From Octopus sinensis (lineage: Eukaryota): a stretch of 64,000 nucleotides of DNA. How positions within the stretch are numbered: the first letter of the stretch is position 1; each line of letters begins with the position of its first letter. The notes below the pieces were generated by a model. That model saw only the letters and a program-made list of their open reading frames with translations. It did no database searches and was not told the DNA's origin. This document shows positions 11,241 to 25,445 of this stretch, piece after piece. The stretch lies in the NCBI RefSeq assembly GCF_006345805.1, contig NC_043007.1, positions 56,978,001 through 57,042,000 of the forward strand, written 5' to 3'. Position numbers and translations under genes: made by a program.

Positions 11241-13719
11241 TAGGCAACATTAACAACTCTTTTATTCTTCTAATTTCAATGAAATAAGTACCAGTAATTA
11301 AAGTGGTGCGACTTCAATTTGACATATTTTTAATCTTTTGACTGTTTCAGTGAAATTTGCCTACAAGGAAACACCATCTTCTAGATTATAGCCATTTATA
11401 CTGACCTCAGTTCATATATATTATCAACTAGTACTTCATTTATTGACCTCGGAAGGCTGAATGGCAGTAACTGGTCAGTGACCAAAAAAGAAATCAATTT
11501 ATAAACAAACAAATGATGAATCATAGCAAACAAACATGCAAGCATCAATAATAACCCAGTCAGTTTCCTATGTTTGATCAGAATGTGGCTATTTAGATTT
11601 TCTATGCTTGCTCATTAAATTTCTCTGGGCAGAGATTAATATGACTACAACACTGTGCAGCAGCGAAATATGGGTAATAAGTGCAGAACTTGCAGTGTGC
11701 AGTGATTAGAGAAGTAATTAGTAGGATTTGTTGTAAACTTGCTGGAGAAGTTGTGCACAAGTGAGCAGAAATAAGCAACTGATACCAAAGGATTCATTGG
11801 TTAATGTAAGAGAGAGATGATTGTATTAGTATGGGTAAGGTTGAGTAAATGTGAACCATGAGGCAGTGGTTGGAGTTAATTAAATCAGAAACTAATGAAA
11901 TAACTACATCAGACAAGAAGATATTAGTCCACTCACTGACAAGATTATACACATTTGAGAAAAATACAATGCTAATCCCCCAAAATCCAGTGTTTAGCTC
12001 CAATTTCATCATACAAACTACATTAGAAACAGTTCTCTTCTTAAATAGGATATAGAGCCATTGTAAGAAACATTCCTGACATAATCTGCTATTCATTTTC
12101 AACTGATAAGTGAACTGAGGTATATGGTTTAGTTTTTTGTCAGAAACAATGAAATGACAAGAGTAGGTTTGAACCTACAATCCACAATATAGCCTAAATC
12201 ACTACCCATATTACTCTACTAACCATTTTACTTCTACTAAAAGAAGCTTCCAGCACATGTTTCCTGTTTAGTCTGTACTTCCAAACACTCTTGATGGTCA
12301 TGGTCATGGTGAAGACAGAGTTTATGGCAATGATGATGGTTAGTGGTGGTCATGGTGACAATGATGATAGTTGGTGTTGGTGTTGGTGGTGATAATTGTT
12401 AAAACAAACTTTTAGGTTTACCCATGCAACCTACGCTGTTGGTTATGATGAGGGTTCCAGACAATCTCATCTGCTCATGAAATTAATGTGCACATGGTTG
12501 AGCATGCCACAGACATGTGTAACCTTAACATAGTTCTCAGGGAGATTCAGCAATGACACAGAGTGTAGTAAGGCTGACCCTTTGAAATATAGATACTACT
12601 CGTTATTGCCAGCTGAGTGGACTTGAACAACATGATATAAAGTATCTTCTTCAAAGACAATGCACCACCTGGAATCAAATTCATGACCTTATGATCATAA
12701 GCAGAATATCCTAACCATGAAGCCACACACCTTCAGTGGTAAAAAAGAATGTCATATAGTTATGAACCTATTTTATCAAAAGAAATGTTGAATCAACCAG
12801 TTACACATGGAAATATGAGTGAAACTATAGACATGAAATGTATACATCAAGAGACATCTTAAACATAACTGAAAGACACATTAATGGGTGATGTGGTAAT
12901 GGCAAACAAAAGAGATAAGAATTCAATAGAAGGAAAAACAAAATTTATCATGACAATGATGATGAGAGTGCACTACAGACTCAAGTAATGAAATAAAACT
13001 GAGGAAAAAAAATACAAAGTGTACCAAAAAGCTAAAGTGAAGAATGTACTTAAATTTATCACCAATTATTGATTCTAGTTTGTCTGATAAACATTAGTTG
13101 AGCAATCTCGTCTGACATTGCTGGTTCAACCAGTTACACTAAGATGGAGATGGTGGGAATCTTATAAGTGGTCGGTCTTCTGTCATATTTAACAAACAGA
13201 GAATCTTAGTTGATTTTCTTTCAATAAATCGTTTTCCTTCTATCGATGTTCCAAACTTACAAGTTAGTGTTTGAAATCTGATTATCTTTCAGTGCTATCC
13301 CTGGCCTCTTTCAAACATATACTTGATTTCTATTACAGACAAGGTCATTGAAACATCTAAAAACCTCTGCAAAAATCCTACTTACCATACTTAGGTTTAA
13401 AATACTGTCAGTAGCCAGAGTTTAAATTAATGACTTACCAGATCTCTGTTTAAAGTAGTTATGATTTACTAGATCTGAGATGTATTCAATATCAGTTACT
13501 CAGTCTGGATTTTAAAGCAGTTACCATTGCCAAGTCTTTCTATAAAATACATACATACTAAAACTCGGTTTCAAATAGATACTCTTAGATCTGAGTTAAA
13601 AGAAATGACAGCTGTCATGCTTCATTTAGAGTAGTTACATTACCAGGATTCAGTTTAAAGAAATTAGAGTACCATTCCATAAATCAACAGAGTAAAAGTA
13701 CATGGGGCTGAGTTCAGAG

Positions 13720-16700
13720 CAGTTAGCACTACCAGGACTGTGCTGTTAACACCACCAGGACTGGGTCTAGTGTGGTTAGCACTACCAAGACTAGGTCTAG
13801 TATGGTTGGCATTACCAAGACTGGGTCTACTGCTGTTGGCATTACCAATACTGAGCATAGTGCGGTTGGCATTACCAACACTGGGCCTAGTGCAGTTGGC
13901 ATTACCAATACTGGGTCTAGTGCGGTTAGCATTACCAAGACTGGGTCTAGTGCAGTTAACACCACCAGGTCTGGGTCTAGTGTGATTGACATTATCAACA
14001 CCGAGCCCGGGGCGCATGGCACTACCAACACCAGGCCTGGCTTGACTGGCACTAGCAACACCGAGCCCAGTGTGACTGGCACTAGCAACACCGAGCCCAG
14101 TGTGACTGGCACTAGCAACACCGAGCCCAGTGTGACTGGCACTAGCAACACCGAGCCCAGTGTGACTGGCACTAGCAACACCGAGCCCAGTGTGACTGGC
14201 ACTAGCAACACCGGGCTCAGCCCAGCTGGCACTAGCAACAGTGGGCCCGGCGCAACTGGCACCAGCAACACCAGGCCCGGCGCGACTGGCACAAGTAACA
14301 TCAGGCCAGGCGTAGCCAGCACGAGCAACACAGGGCCCAGCGTGGTTGGCACTAGAAACACAGGGCCTAGTGCAGCTGGCACTAGCAACACCAGGCCCAA
14401 CATGGCTGGCACTACCAAGACTGGGCCCAACACGGTTGGCACTATCAAGACTGGGCCTGGCGCAGTTGGTACTACCAAGACCAGCTATGGCGTGGCTGGC
14501 ATTAGCAAGACCGGATATGGCACAGTTAGCATTACCAAAACCGACTTTGGCGCATCTGGCATTACCAAGACCAGCTCCAGCATGGTTGGCATTACCAAGC
14601 CCAGCTCTAGTGCAGTTAGCATTACCAAGAAAAGCTCCAGCACAGTTAGAATTACAAAGATGGACTCCAGCACAGTTAGCATTACAAAAACCAACTCCAG
14701 CACAGTTAGCATTACCAGAGCTGGCAGAAGAACGGTTAGCATTAACAAGACCAGCTCAAATGTGGTTAGCATTACCAAGACTGAGTCTAGTGCACTTGCC
14801 ATTGCCAAGACCAGCTCCAACGCAATTAGCATTAAAAAGACTAGCTCCAGTGCAGTTAGCATTACAAAGACCGGCTCCAGCACAGTTAGCTTTACCAAAC
14901 TTGGCTGCAGCACAGTTAGCATTACCAAGACCAGTTGTGGCATGGTTAGCATTACCAAAACCAGTTGGGGCACGGTAAGCATTACCAAGACAGGCTCTAG
15001 CACAGTTGGCACTAACAGGGCCGGCTTCGGCGCAGTTGGCATTACGAAGACTGACTCTGGCACAGACAGGCTCCGGCATGGTTGGCATTATCACGACCAG
15101 CTCTAGCACAGACTGGCTCCGGCATGGTTGGTATTACCTAGACTGGCTCTGACACTATTGGCATTACCAAGAAAAGCTCCAGCACTGTTAGCATTACCAA
15201 CACTGGCTCCAGTGCAGTTAGCATTACCGACACTGGCTCCAGCACAGTTGGCATTACCAAGACTGGTTGCAGAGAAGTTAGCATTACCAGGACCACCTCC
15301 AGCATAATCGGCACCAACAGGACTGGCTCCGGTATAGTTGACACTACCATAACCAGCTCCAGCGTGGTTGACACTACCATGACCGGCTCCAGTGCACATG
15401 GCATTATCAAGACCGGGTCAAGCACAGTTAGCATTACCAAGAGCAGCTCCAGCTTAATTAACATTACCAAAACTGGCACCAGCTTGGTTAGCATTACCAA
15501 CATTGGGTCAACTGAAGTTAGCATTACCAAAACCAGTTTTAGTGCAGTTAGCATTACCAAGAATGGGTCTAAAGCAGTTAGCAATACCCAGACTGGCTCC
15601 AACGCGGTTAGCATTACCAAAACCAGCTCCAACACGGTTAGCATTAATAAGACTGGCTCCAGCGCAGCTATCATCACCCAGACCAGCTCCAGCAAAGTTA
15701 GCATTAACAACACTGGCCTCAGCATAGCCAGTATTAGGAAGACTCCCAGACTGGCTGCAGCACAGTTAGCATTACCACCACTGGCTCTATCACAGTAAGC
15801 ATTACCACCACTGGCTCTATCGCAGTTAGCATCACCACCTCTGACTATCGCAGTTAGCATCACCACCACTGGTTCTAGCACAGTTAGCATTACCACCACT
15901 GGCTCTAGCGCAGTTAGCATTAGCACCACTGACTCTAGCACAGTTAGCATTACCACCGCTGGCTCTAGTGCAGTTAGCATTTCCACCACTGGCTCTAGCG
16001 CAGTTAGCATTACCACCACTGCCTCTAGCGCAGTTAGCATTACCACCACTGGCTCTAGCGCAGTTAGCATTACCACCACTGGCTCTATCGCAGTTAGCAT
16101 TACCACCACTGGCCCTAGCAGAGTTAGCATAACCACCACTGGCCCTAGCAGAGTTAGCATAACCACCACTGGCTCTATCACAGTTAGCATTACCAACACT
16201 GGGTCTAGGGCAGTCAGCATTACAAACATGGGTCTAGCACAGTTAGCATTACCAACACTGGCTCTATCGAAGTTAGCATTACCAACACTGGCTCTATCAC
16301 AGTTAGCATTACCACCACTGGCTCTAGCATAGTCAGCATTACCAACACTGGCTCTAGCACAGTTAGCATTACCACCACTAGCCCTAGTGCAGTTAGCATT
16401 ACCACCACTGGCTCTAGCATAGTTAGCCTTACCAACACTGGCTCTAGCGCAGTTAGCATTACCACTACTGGCCATAGTGCAGTTAGCATTACCACCACTG
16501 GCTCTAGCGCAGTTAGCATCACCACCACTGGCTCTAGCACAGTTAGCATTACCAACACTGGGTCTAGGGCAGTCAGCATTACAAACATGGGTCTAGCACA
16601 GTTAGCATTACCAACACTGGCTCTATCGAAGTTAGCATTACCAACACTGGCTCTATCACAGTTAGCATTACCACCACTGGCTCTAGCATAGTCAGCATTA

Positions 16701-18320
16701 CCAACACTGGCTCTAGCACAGTTAGCATTACCACCACTAGCCCTAGTGCAGTTAGCATTACCACCACTGGCTCTAGCATAGTTAGCCTTACCAACACTGG
16801 CTCTAGCGCAGTTAGCATTACCACTACTGGCCATAGTGCAGTTAGCATTACCACCACTGGCTCTAGCGCAGTTAGCATTACCACCACTGGCTCTAGCGCA
16901 GTTAGCATTAACACCACTGGCTCTAGAAATTTAGCATTACCACCACTGGCTCTAGCCCAGTTAGCATTACCACCACTGGCTCTAGCGCAGTTAGCATTAC
17001 CACCACTGGCCCTAGTGCAGTTAGCATTACCAACACTGGCTCTAGCATAGTCAGCATTACCAACACTGGCTCTAGCACAGTTAGCATTATTTCCACTGGC
17101 CCTATCGCAGTCAGCATTATTACCACTGGCTGTATCGCAGTTAGCGTTACCACCACTGGCTCTATCGCAGTTAGTGTTACCACCACTGGCTCTATCGCAG
17201 TTAGCGTTACCACCACTGGTTCTAGCACAGTTAGCATAACTACCACTGGCTCTAGTGCAGTTAGCACTACCAACACTGGCTCTAGCACACTTAGCACTAC
17301 CAACACTGGCTCTATCGCAATTAGCATTACTATCACTGGCTCTATCACAATTAGCATTACTACCACTGGCTCTATCGCAATTAGCATTACCAACACTGGG
17401 TCTAGCAGTCACCATTACCAACACTGGGTCTAGCGCAGTTAGCATTACTAAAACCAGTTCTAGTGCAGTTAGCATTACCAAGAATGGGTCTAAAGCAGTT
17501 AGCAATACCCAGAATGGCTCCAACGCGGTTAGCATTACCAAAACCAGCTCCAACATGGTTAGCATTAATAAGACTGGCTCCAGCGCAGCTATCATCACCA
17601 AGACCAGCTCCAGAACAGCTAGCATTAACAACACTGGCTTCAGCATAGCCAGTATTAGGAAGACTCCCAGACTGGCTGCAGCACAGTTAGCATTACCAAC
17701 AGTGTGTCTAGCACAATTAGCATTACCACCACTGGCTCGAGTGCAGTTAGCATTACCACCACTGGCATTAGCGCAGTTAGCATTACCACCACTGGCTCTA
17801 GCGCACTTAGCATTACCAACACTGGCTCTAGGGCACCTAGCATTACCAACACTAGGTCTCGCACGGTTAGCATTACCACCATTGCCTCTATCGCAGTAAG
17901 CATTACCAACACTGGCTCTATGGCAGTTAGCATTACCACCACTGGGTCTAGCGCAGTCACCATTACCAACACTGGGTCTAGCGCAGTCACCATTACCACC
18001 ACTGGGTCTAGCGCACCTAGCAATAACGTACTGGGTCTAGTGTAGTTAGCATAACCACCACTGGCTCTTATCACAATTAGCATTACCAACACTGGCTCTA
18101 TCGCAATTAGCATTACCAACACTGGCTCTATCGCAGTTAGCATTACCAACACTGGCTCTAGCGCAGTTGGCAATACCACTGGGTCTAGCGCACCTAGCAA
18201 TAACAACACTGGGTCTAGTGCAGTTTGCATTACCAACACTGGGTCTAGCACATTTAGTATTACCATCACTGGGTCTAGTGTAGTTAGCATTACCAACATT
18301 AGGTTTAGTGTATTTATTAT
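13720..18320. repeat. 30-bp minisatellite, ~150 units, with higher-order duplications
   Basis: Unit ~GCATTACCACCACTGGCTCTAGCGCAGTTA. Reads SITTTGSSAV or ALPPLALAQL on plus and MLTALEPVVV or GNANCARASG on minus. Degenerate units extend left to ~13430. Confidence 0.95.
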
Positions 18321-20344
18321 GATTACAAGACATCATTTGCTGCTTTAATATAAAGCAGTTAATTTATGAATCGATGCTTTCGTTGTTGCTGTTGAATAAC
18401 TTTGCCTAAATAATGTTATGGCTTAAAACTTGGAAACCAAAAAAGAAACCAGGTTGACATTTTAAGAGAATTTCTTTTCTCTTGCTAACCACTCGATTCT
18501 ATCTAACCACTGCTTTGTATCTAATCATTGCATTATACCTAACTACTGTATTGTATCTTGTCAGAATGTTAAGTTTTTGTGAACCATAAAAAGAAAGATA
18601 AACAGATGTGTGTGCCATGCCCTGGGCTACCACAGAACATCTACAGTACTCCTGTCTAAATTCACTATCATATATAAAATAATTGAGGCAATAAATATCA
18701 GCATCTGGACAGATGTCATGTAGAAGATGTACAGAATATTATACACACACAAAATGCTTAGCTGTATTTCTTTTGGCTTTATGCACCAAGTTCAAACGCT
18801 GCTGAGGGCAACTTTGTCTTTCATCTTATCAGGGTCAATGAAATAAACACTACTAGGATTGATTTAATTGACTATCCTCCTCCACTATAATTTCAAGTCT
18901 TGCATCTATAACAGAAAGGATCATATGCACATAAGAGGTAACATGTTAGTAGAAATGCTAGTATAAACTAAATATTCCTTGATTCTTTCGTTCAAATTCT
19001 AATTAGTTTGGCTTTGCCTTCCATCTCTCTAGAAAAGAAACATCACTAAATTATGCATTGGCAATATAAAAGGGATTTATACACTGGCTATACACTGTTC
19101 AGGAATAGATAATGCTTGATATCACAAGTATACATACATGCTGCAGACATATGTATTTGTACCACATAGACAACCACCCTGTTGTTTAGGAATGAAATGA
19201 AATAATATTTCTTGACATTGATGACTAACAGCAAAAAAAAATAGAATAAAAAACAAAATAAAATAAAATGAAAAACGGAGGAAAAAATAAAAATCAAGTA
19301 TCACCATGGAAACTTACCAAGACAACATTATCTAAATCTATGGCTATGAAGAAATCAGTCCAATACAATTATATTTGAAGAAATTAGTTGTGGAAGAGGA
19401 ATTGTAAATCTGTTTGTGAAGAATACCAAATACAGAGAGAGAGAGTGAGTGAGTGTGTTTGTGTGTGTGTGCACGTGTATGCGTGCACATGTGTGCTCTT
19501 TTGATTTTATTATAATTCTTGGTTCAATCAATCCCAAACACTGAATGCATTAAACCGACTGCAAGTCAAAAGTGAATGAATGAAATAAACAGTGGGATGA
19601 ATGACTGCATAATGACTGGTAGGGGAATAGGAACATAATACTTTTATTTAAATTAAGAAGCACTTGGCAACGAGATTTGTTCTTATCAGTAGGTTTCTTC
19701 TGCCTAGTTTTAAAATTTAAAATAAAAGTCATAACTGTTGTTTATCCCCCACATCAGCCATATTCAATCAGACCATGAGCCACATTTTGTATATCTAGGG
19801 TTATATTATCTATCCTTTTTGCTGCAGTTTCTAATGGACTGAAAGATTGCAGAGATGTTCCTTCATTGGTGACTTTCAGATTGAGGACATCTTTTTAAAC
19901 AACAAAAAAATCTTATAACAGTAGCTGAGAACACTCAAACTTTATCAAAAGTATGTACTCTGATTATATAACAAGATATCAATAATACAGTAAGAGATTT
20001 AAAATAATATTTATATAGTTGCTGCTTTCTCAACTATGTTGATAAATTTCTATTTTTATAATTTGCAATTTTAAAAGCATATGATACAGACAGACAATCA
20101 ATAAACTAGCAAACAACCAATCCTAAAGGTTAGCAGTTAATTTTCTATGATTAGCACAGAACTTGTTAGGATCAAAATATTAGATTGTCAAGTATGAAAT
20201 TTGTAATAAGGTATATGGTAAACTTTGACATTGCTCATTTTGCGCCGTTATTATATTTTGACAATATTTATTTCTTGTTAGAAAACTGATAAATCTATTT
20301 CTTTATTCTAACTCATTTTGCGCTTTATAAAGTATTTATAAATC

Positions 20345-20700
20345 GTGTTTTGCTATTTTCATTTAGAGATGGATAAGTCGGAAATTCGTACAGTTTTGAA
20401 ATATAAGTTCTCTCTTGGAATTATAGCATCACAGAAAGCTGAGAATATTAATGGAGTAATTCATTCTAATGTTATTACACAGCAGACAGTATCAAATTGG
20501 TTTGCAAAATTTCGTTCTGGTAACTTTGACCTCACAAATGAGCAACGCAGTCAACCAGAAACAAAGGTGGATAATGAAGAATTGAATGCCACTGTCGAGT
20601 CAGAATTATTGTTGCTGTTTGGTGCTAGCAGGCAAACAATATTGACTCACCTAGTTCCAATTGGTAAAGGGAAAAAGTTGGATAAGTGGGTCCCACATGA
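20345..20700 (+). mobile_element. Mariner transposase 5' fragment (N-terminal HTH region)
   Basis: MDKSEIRTVLKY...TVSNWFAKFRSGNFDL...KKLDKWVPHE includes the mariner WVPHE(L) motif. Truncated at the RTE junction. Confidence 0.85.
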
Positions 20701-20714
20701 AATCATGACCCAAA

Positions 20715-22370
20715 TGAGGGACCAGCTATCCGAATTGACAGTACCCAGGTAGATAAAGCAATTAAGGATATGAAGATGGGGAAAGCACCTGGCCCATCAG
20801 GAATCACCACTGGGATGCTTAAAATATCAGGCGGTGTGGGTTATGGTCTGGTCACCTGCCTTGTAAATCAGATAGTTCATGAAGGAGTCATACCCAATGA
20901 CTGGTGTAGCAGCACCATAGTCAACTACTACAAGGGGAAAGGTGATGCTTTAGATAGAAATAACTACAGGGGTATCAAATTACTGGATCAGGTGACGAAA
21001 GTTAGATAGGGTCATAGCGCAACTAATTAGGGAGAGCATTAGCCTAGATGAGATGCAGTTTAGTTTTGTGCCAGGTAGAAGAACCACTGATGCTATATTT
21101 CTGGTAAGGCAACTGTAGGAGAAATACCTAGCAAAGATAAACCCCTGTACCTGGCTTTTGTTGACTTGGAGAAAGCCTCTAACAGGGTCCCCCGATTCCT
21201 TATCTGGTGGTCAATGTGGAAACTGAGGATAGACGAGTGGCTAGTAAGAACTGTACAAGCCTTGTACAAGGATGCTGTTAGTAAGGTGAGGGTTGGCAAC
21301 GAGTATAGTGAAGAATTCTGAGTAGAAGTAGGGGTTCACCAAGGATCAGTCCTCAGCCCCCTCTTATTCATTATAGTCCTCCAGGCAATAACAGAGGAAT
21401 TCAAGACAGGCTGCTCCTGAGAGCTCCTCTGTGCTGATGACCTTGCTCTAATCGCCGAGTCACTGCCAGAACTGGAGACAAAGTTTAGCATGTGGAAGCA
21501 AGGTCTAGTAAGTAGGAAGGCTGTCAAATCACAATCCCCTTCAGGTAGAAACTCTATACGATGTACCTGGTGTAAGCTATGGACACATAAAAGGTGCAGC
21601 AATATCAAATGAAGGTTAACCGGGAAAATTGTTTTTGTGTGTGGCAGATGCACTGGGGCAATAAACACTGAAGATATAAAGAAAACAGATTCCATCACAT
21701 GCCAGTGGGAGAAACTAGAAGTAGGTAATAGCTTCCACTACCTAGGCGACCAAGTCTGTAGTGGGGGTGACTGCTCTGAGAGTGTAGCGACTGGGCAAAG
21801 TTCAGGGAGCTCCTACCTCTGCTGGCAACTAAGGGCCTCTCGCTGAAGGTGAAAAGTAGACTGATGCATGTGTGTGAACTGCCATGCCACATGGCAGTGA
21901 AACATGGGCCATGTTCAAAGAAATTAAGCTAGTATGATCCGCTGGGTGTGTAATGCCAGTGTGCATACACGACAGAGCATAAGTGCTCTGAGAGAAAAGC
22001 TGGGCATAAAAAGCATTAAATGTGGTGTGCAAGAGAGGCAACTGCACTGGTATGGTCATGTGTTAAGTATGAAATGAAGACAGCTGTGTGAGGAAGTGCC
22101 ACTCCCTAATTGTAGAAGGAAACTGTGAAAGCAGTAGACCCAGGAAGATATGGGATGAGGTGGTGAAGCATGACCTATGAACATTGGGTCTCACAGAGTC
22201 AATGACAGGAGACTGGGACCTTTGGAGATATGCTGTGATTGAGAAGACCCGGCAACTAAAGTGAGATTGCAGCCACGCATGTCTGGCCCTGTGAAAAATA
22301 CCCCTGATGCATCGAGCAATATGATATGCTTGAGAAAACTTGTTGAGTCAAGTAAAACCAATATCATAGC
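20715..22370 (+). mobile_element. 5'-truncated, decayed RTE-clade LINE
   Basis: KMGKAPGPSGI...KGKGDALDRNNYRGIKLL, AFVDLEKA, GVHQGSVLSPLLF, an ADDL motif and a C-terminal HGSETW-like region, with many stops and frameshifts. Confidence 0.9.
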
Positions 22371-22599
22371 TGTGGTATTTTATTTCTCAATCAAAAGCTT
22401 GGAAAAAAATCCTGAAGGAAAATTAAAATTACAGACTTGTTTTCAAACTGTAACATGAACTTAAGGAAATGAACCAGCTAATAGTCCACTAATTTATCGG
22501 ATATGGCTAAAAGTCAAATTGGTTTCACTCAAACAAGAAAAGCCCAGGACAAGGAAAGATTAAAAATAAGTAAATTCTAAATCTGGTAAAAGATGTGCT

Positions 22600-23260
22600 T
22601 CTCCAATATAAATTATTGAGATCAGAGTAAAATCAATGAAAATAATGAGGAAGTCTTTACTATGGAAGATAATGTGAAAGCTGAAGTGGTACCTTAGTGA
22701 AAGCCAACTTTCATATAATTCTAGTAAATACTTGGAGAAATTGAGAAATCCTATAATATACAGCAGATTTCCACAACATTTGTGGGAGAAATAGTACCCT
22801 ATTATGACTCAGTTATACAGTGATATTCTTTCCCAAAATAATTTATATATTGTGATTGCATTTGATTATCTAAAATACCTTTTCTCTCTTTTTGCAGATC
22901 TTTCTCTACTCACAATACTAATATGCCTACTAATACAATTTTCAGAAATCTTGCAGATGACAGACTATTAAGAGAAGAATATTGGCATAGAACATAGCAG
23001 AACATCCATGAAAGATAATCTACTGCAAACTACAGACCACTTTCTCAGATGAGAAAGAAATCCAGCCAGGAAATAACAATATGGTAGGGCAAAAGTGCAA
23101 CTGATAACATTGGAAATATAAAATGTGTGGAAGCAATAGAAAAGAAGAAATATCAGAGAATAAGATGTAAGGGGTTGATAGATTATTATATGAAAGGTTT
23201 ACCAAACTAAGAGAAACAAAGTTTAGAAGATATGACTACAGATGACCTTGTAATACGAAA
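22600..23260 (+). mobile_element. Highly degraded LINE reverse-transcriptase remnant
   Basis: Faint RT-like peptides (NYRPLS..., DDLVI) in broken frames. Confidence 0.35.
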
Positions 23261-24359
23261 AATACAGAAAGATTAGAATCATGTGACTGTGTAAGAATAA
23301 ACCAAGATTTGGTCTATTCTTATGCACTTTACATTCAGATGATATAACCAGAAAGTGATAATTAGTAAAGTGGAAGTATTAATACAAAAGGATGGTGAAA
23401 AAGGAGAAGGGAAAGAAGCAAGGGGAGGCTATTATTCAATAGGAAAATTTGAGGTTTTTCAGCATCAGCCAAAAATAAAACAAATAATTTAAAAAGTGGA
23501 ATAGATATTAAGATAGTAAGTAAAGATATTTTATATTTTGGACAGAAATGGAAGGCTATTTGTTCAAGGTTTAATAAATCACAGAGATGTTGAAAATATC
23601 TGATAAAGAAGTTTACATGCTACTCAGGGGTGACATATATAGTTTTGTCAAGGTGTTCCCTTGGTAGGTAATGTGAATGAGAATTAGATGTGATGTAAGT
23701 AGACAGGAGAAGTGGTTGTATAGGAAGTAGGGGTGGAGAAGGATAGTAGGTATGCTTATAAGGCTGAGTTGAGAGAAAAGGATGGTAGGGACAGTATCTC
23801 TGGTTTGATAGTAGGAAGTATATTATTGTTTAGGGTTCACTCAGGTATGTAAGTAGAGGAGTAGATCTATGATATTCAGGTCACAATTTGTATTGGCTGA
23901 AATTCCCCTTGGGACTAATCAAGATTCTTTGTAAACAAGAATAGTTTTGTGCTATTTTAGGGTTCACAAAAAAATGTTTATATTAAACACCTGTTTGAAT
24001 TGTCACACAGTATAGGTCAGATAGGTCAAAGTCAGTGACGGTGTTAGTAGCTTTCTTTCAAGAAATTTTAAACTGGGTATTTTTTAAAAGGTTAGACTGA
24101 AAAGATTATGTTGCTATGACATATTTAATGGAGTAGTGTAATGCTTCTATCATGGCTATTTATAATTGCAAATATGTAAATAAACCTATGGCTAAACATG
24201 ACATTCACCTTCCTCACTCTTCCACCACCATAAATAACCCAAATTCTTCTTTAAAACTAAACTACTGGATTTCTTGGAAACAGAAAATTTTTAAAAGTCT
24301 AAGATACTTTAAATCTGTAACTTCCTCCACTGGCTAATTATGCGACTCACTTTCTTTAT

Positions 24360-25445
24360 CATCATCGTTTAACGCCCTTCTTCCATGCTGGAATGGGTTG
24401 GATGGTTTGGCAGGAGCTGGCCAGACAGGAGCCTATACCATACTTCTGTGTCTCTTTTGACATGGTTTTTTTTTCACAGCTGGATGCCCTTCCTAGCACC
24501 AACCACTTTGCAGAGTGGGCCGAGTGCTTTTTATGTGGCAAAATACTCACATAGCTGATAGTGAATCCATATGAACATACTTGTTTATCAGTCTATACAC
24601 ATCTTTCTATACATATGCCTCTTTATATCTACATATGTTATCCATTTGGTCACTTGTGTGCATCATCATCACCATCATCTAACATCTGTTTTCCCTGCAG
24701 GCATGGGCTGAATAGTTTAACAGAAGATGACCAGCTGAAGGGCTGTTCAGATTTCAATTGTCAATTTTGGCATGGTTTCTATGGCTGGATGCCCTTCCTA
24801 TTGCCAACCACATAACAGAGTGTAATGGGTGCTTTTACACAGCACTGGGACAGATGTGTTTCACATAGCAACAGCACTTATGAGCTCTCAAGATTATGGA
24901 TGCTCAGCAGGAGGGGGTTGCAAGGGACAAGCCTGTATGCAAGGAGAACCACACTTTTACTTAGCTTGACATAAAAGTATGCTTGTATACATGTGATGTA
25001 CATATGTATGTTTCTGTATATATAAGTAGATATGTGTAGCATAGATTGGTAGACAGACGTGTGTGTGTTGATATGTTTTCTGTCAATATAAGGTTTCCCC
25101 TATAACTATTCCTCCTCCCTCCATGATTTCAAAATCTGATGGAATCTTGCTCATTTCCCCTGGATCTAACCTTTTCACACTCCTACTGCCAACACACTCG
25201 TTACTTCTACCTCCTCCCTTTACTGCCTGCTTCTAACTCTCTTGCATCACCACCGCTTTTTGTCTGCTTTCCATGTTGGAATGGGCTGGATAAGTTGTCC
25301 TTGTCCAAAAAAACTCCTATTGAGAGCTGCTATCTCTATAGACTGATGCTCACATGTCATTTGTATGGTTTCTATGGCTAGATGCCCTTTATATCACCAA
25401 CCACTTTACAGAGTGTACTGAATGCATTTTTTCATGGCACTGTGA
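24360..25445 (-). mobile_element. Three same-orientation copies of a SINE family with a (GAT)n tail
   Basis: Repeated catcatc...ccatgctggaatgggttgga...ggctggatgcccttcc...accactttacagagtg at ~24360, ~24660 and ~25250. Further copies lie near 10385, 27465, 28335, 31430, 32520 and 61397. Confidence 0.7.

Noticed and set aside
11794-12102. Overlapping ORFs of 65-102 aa
   Set aside because: No recognisable domain or splice signals; probably old repeat-derived or chance ORFs.
12793-13139. 14-bp direct repeat TCAACCAGTTACAC at 12793 and 13126 as a TSD
   Set aside because: No recognisable element or tail lies between the two copies, so the call cannot be supported.
13720-18320. CRISPR-like array
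   Set aside because: The 30-bp units are contiguous with no unique spacers and the context is eukaryotic. The same applies to the 165-bp repeat.
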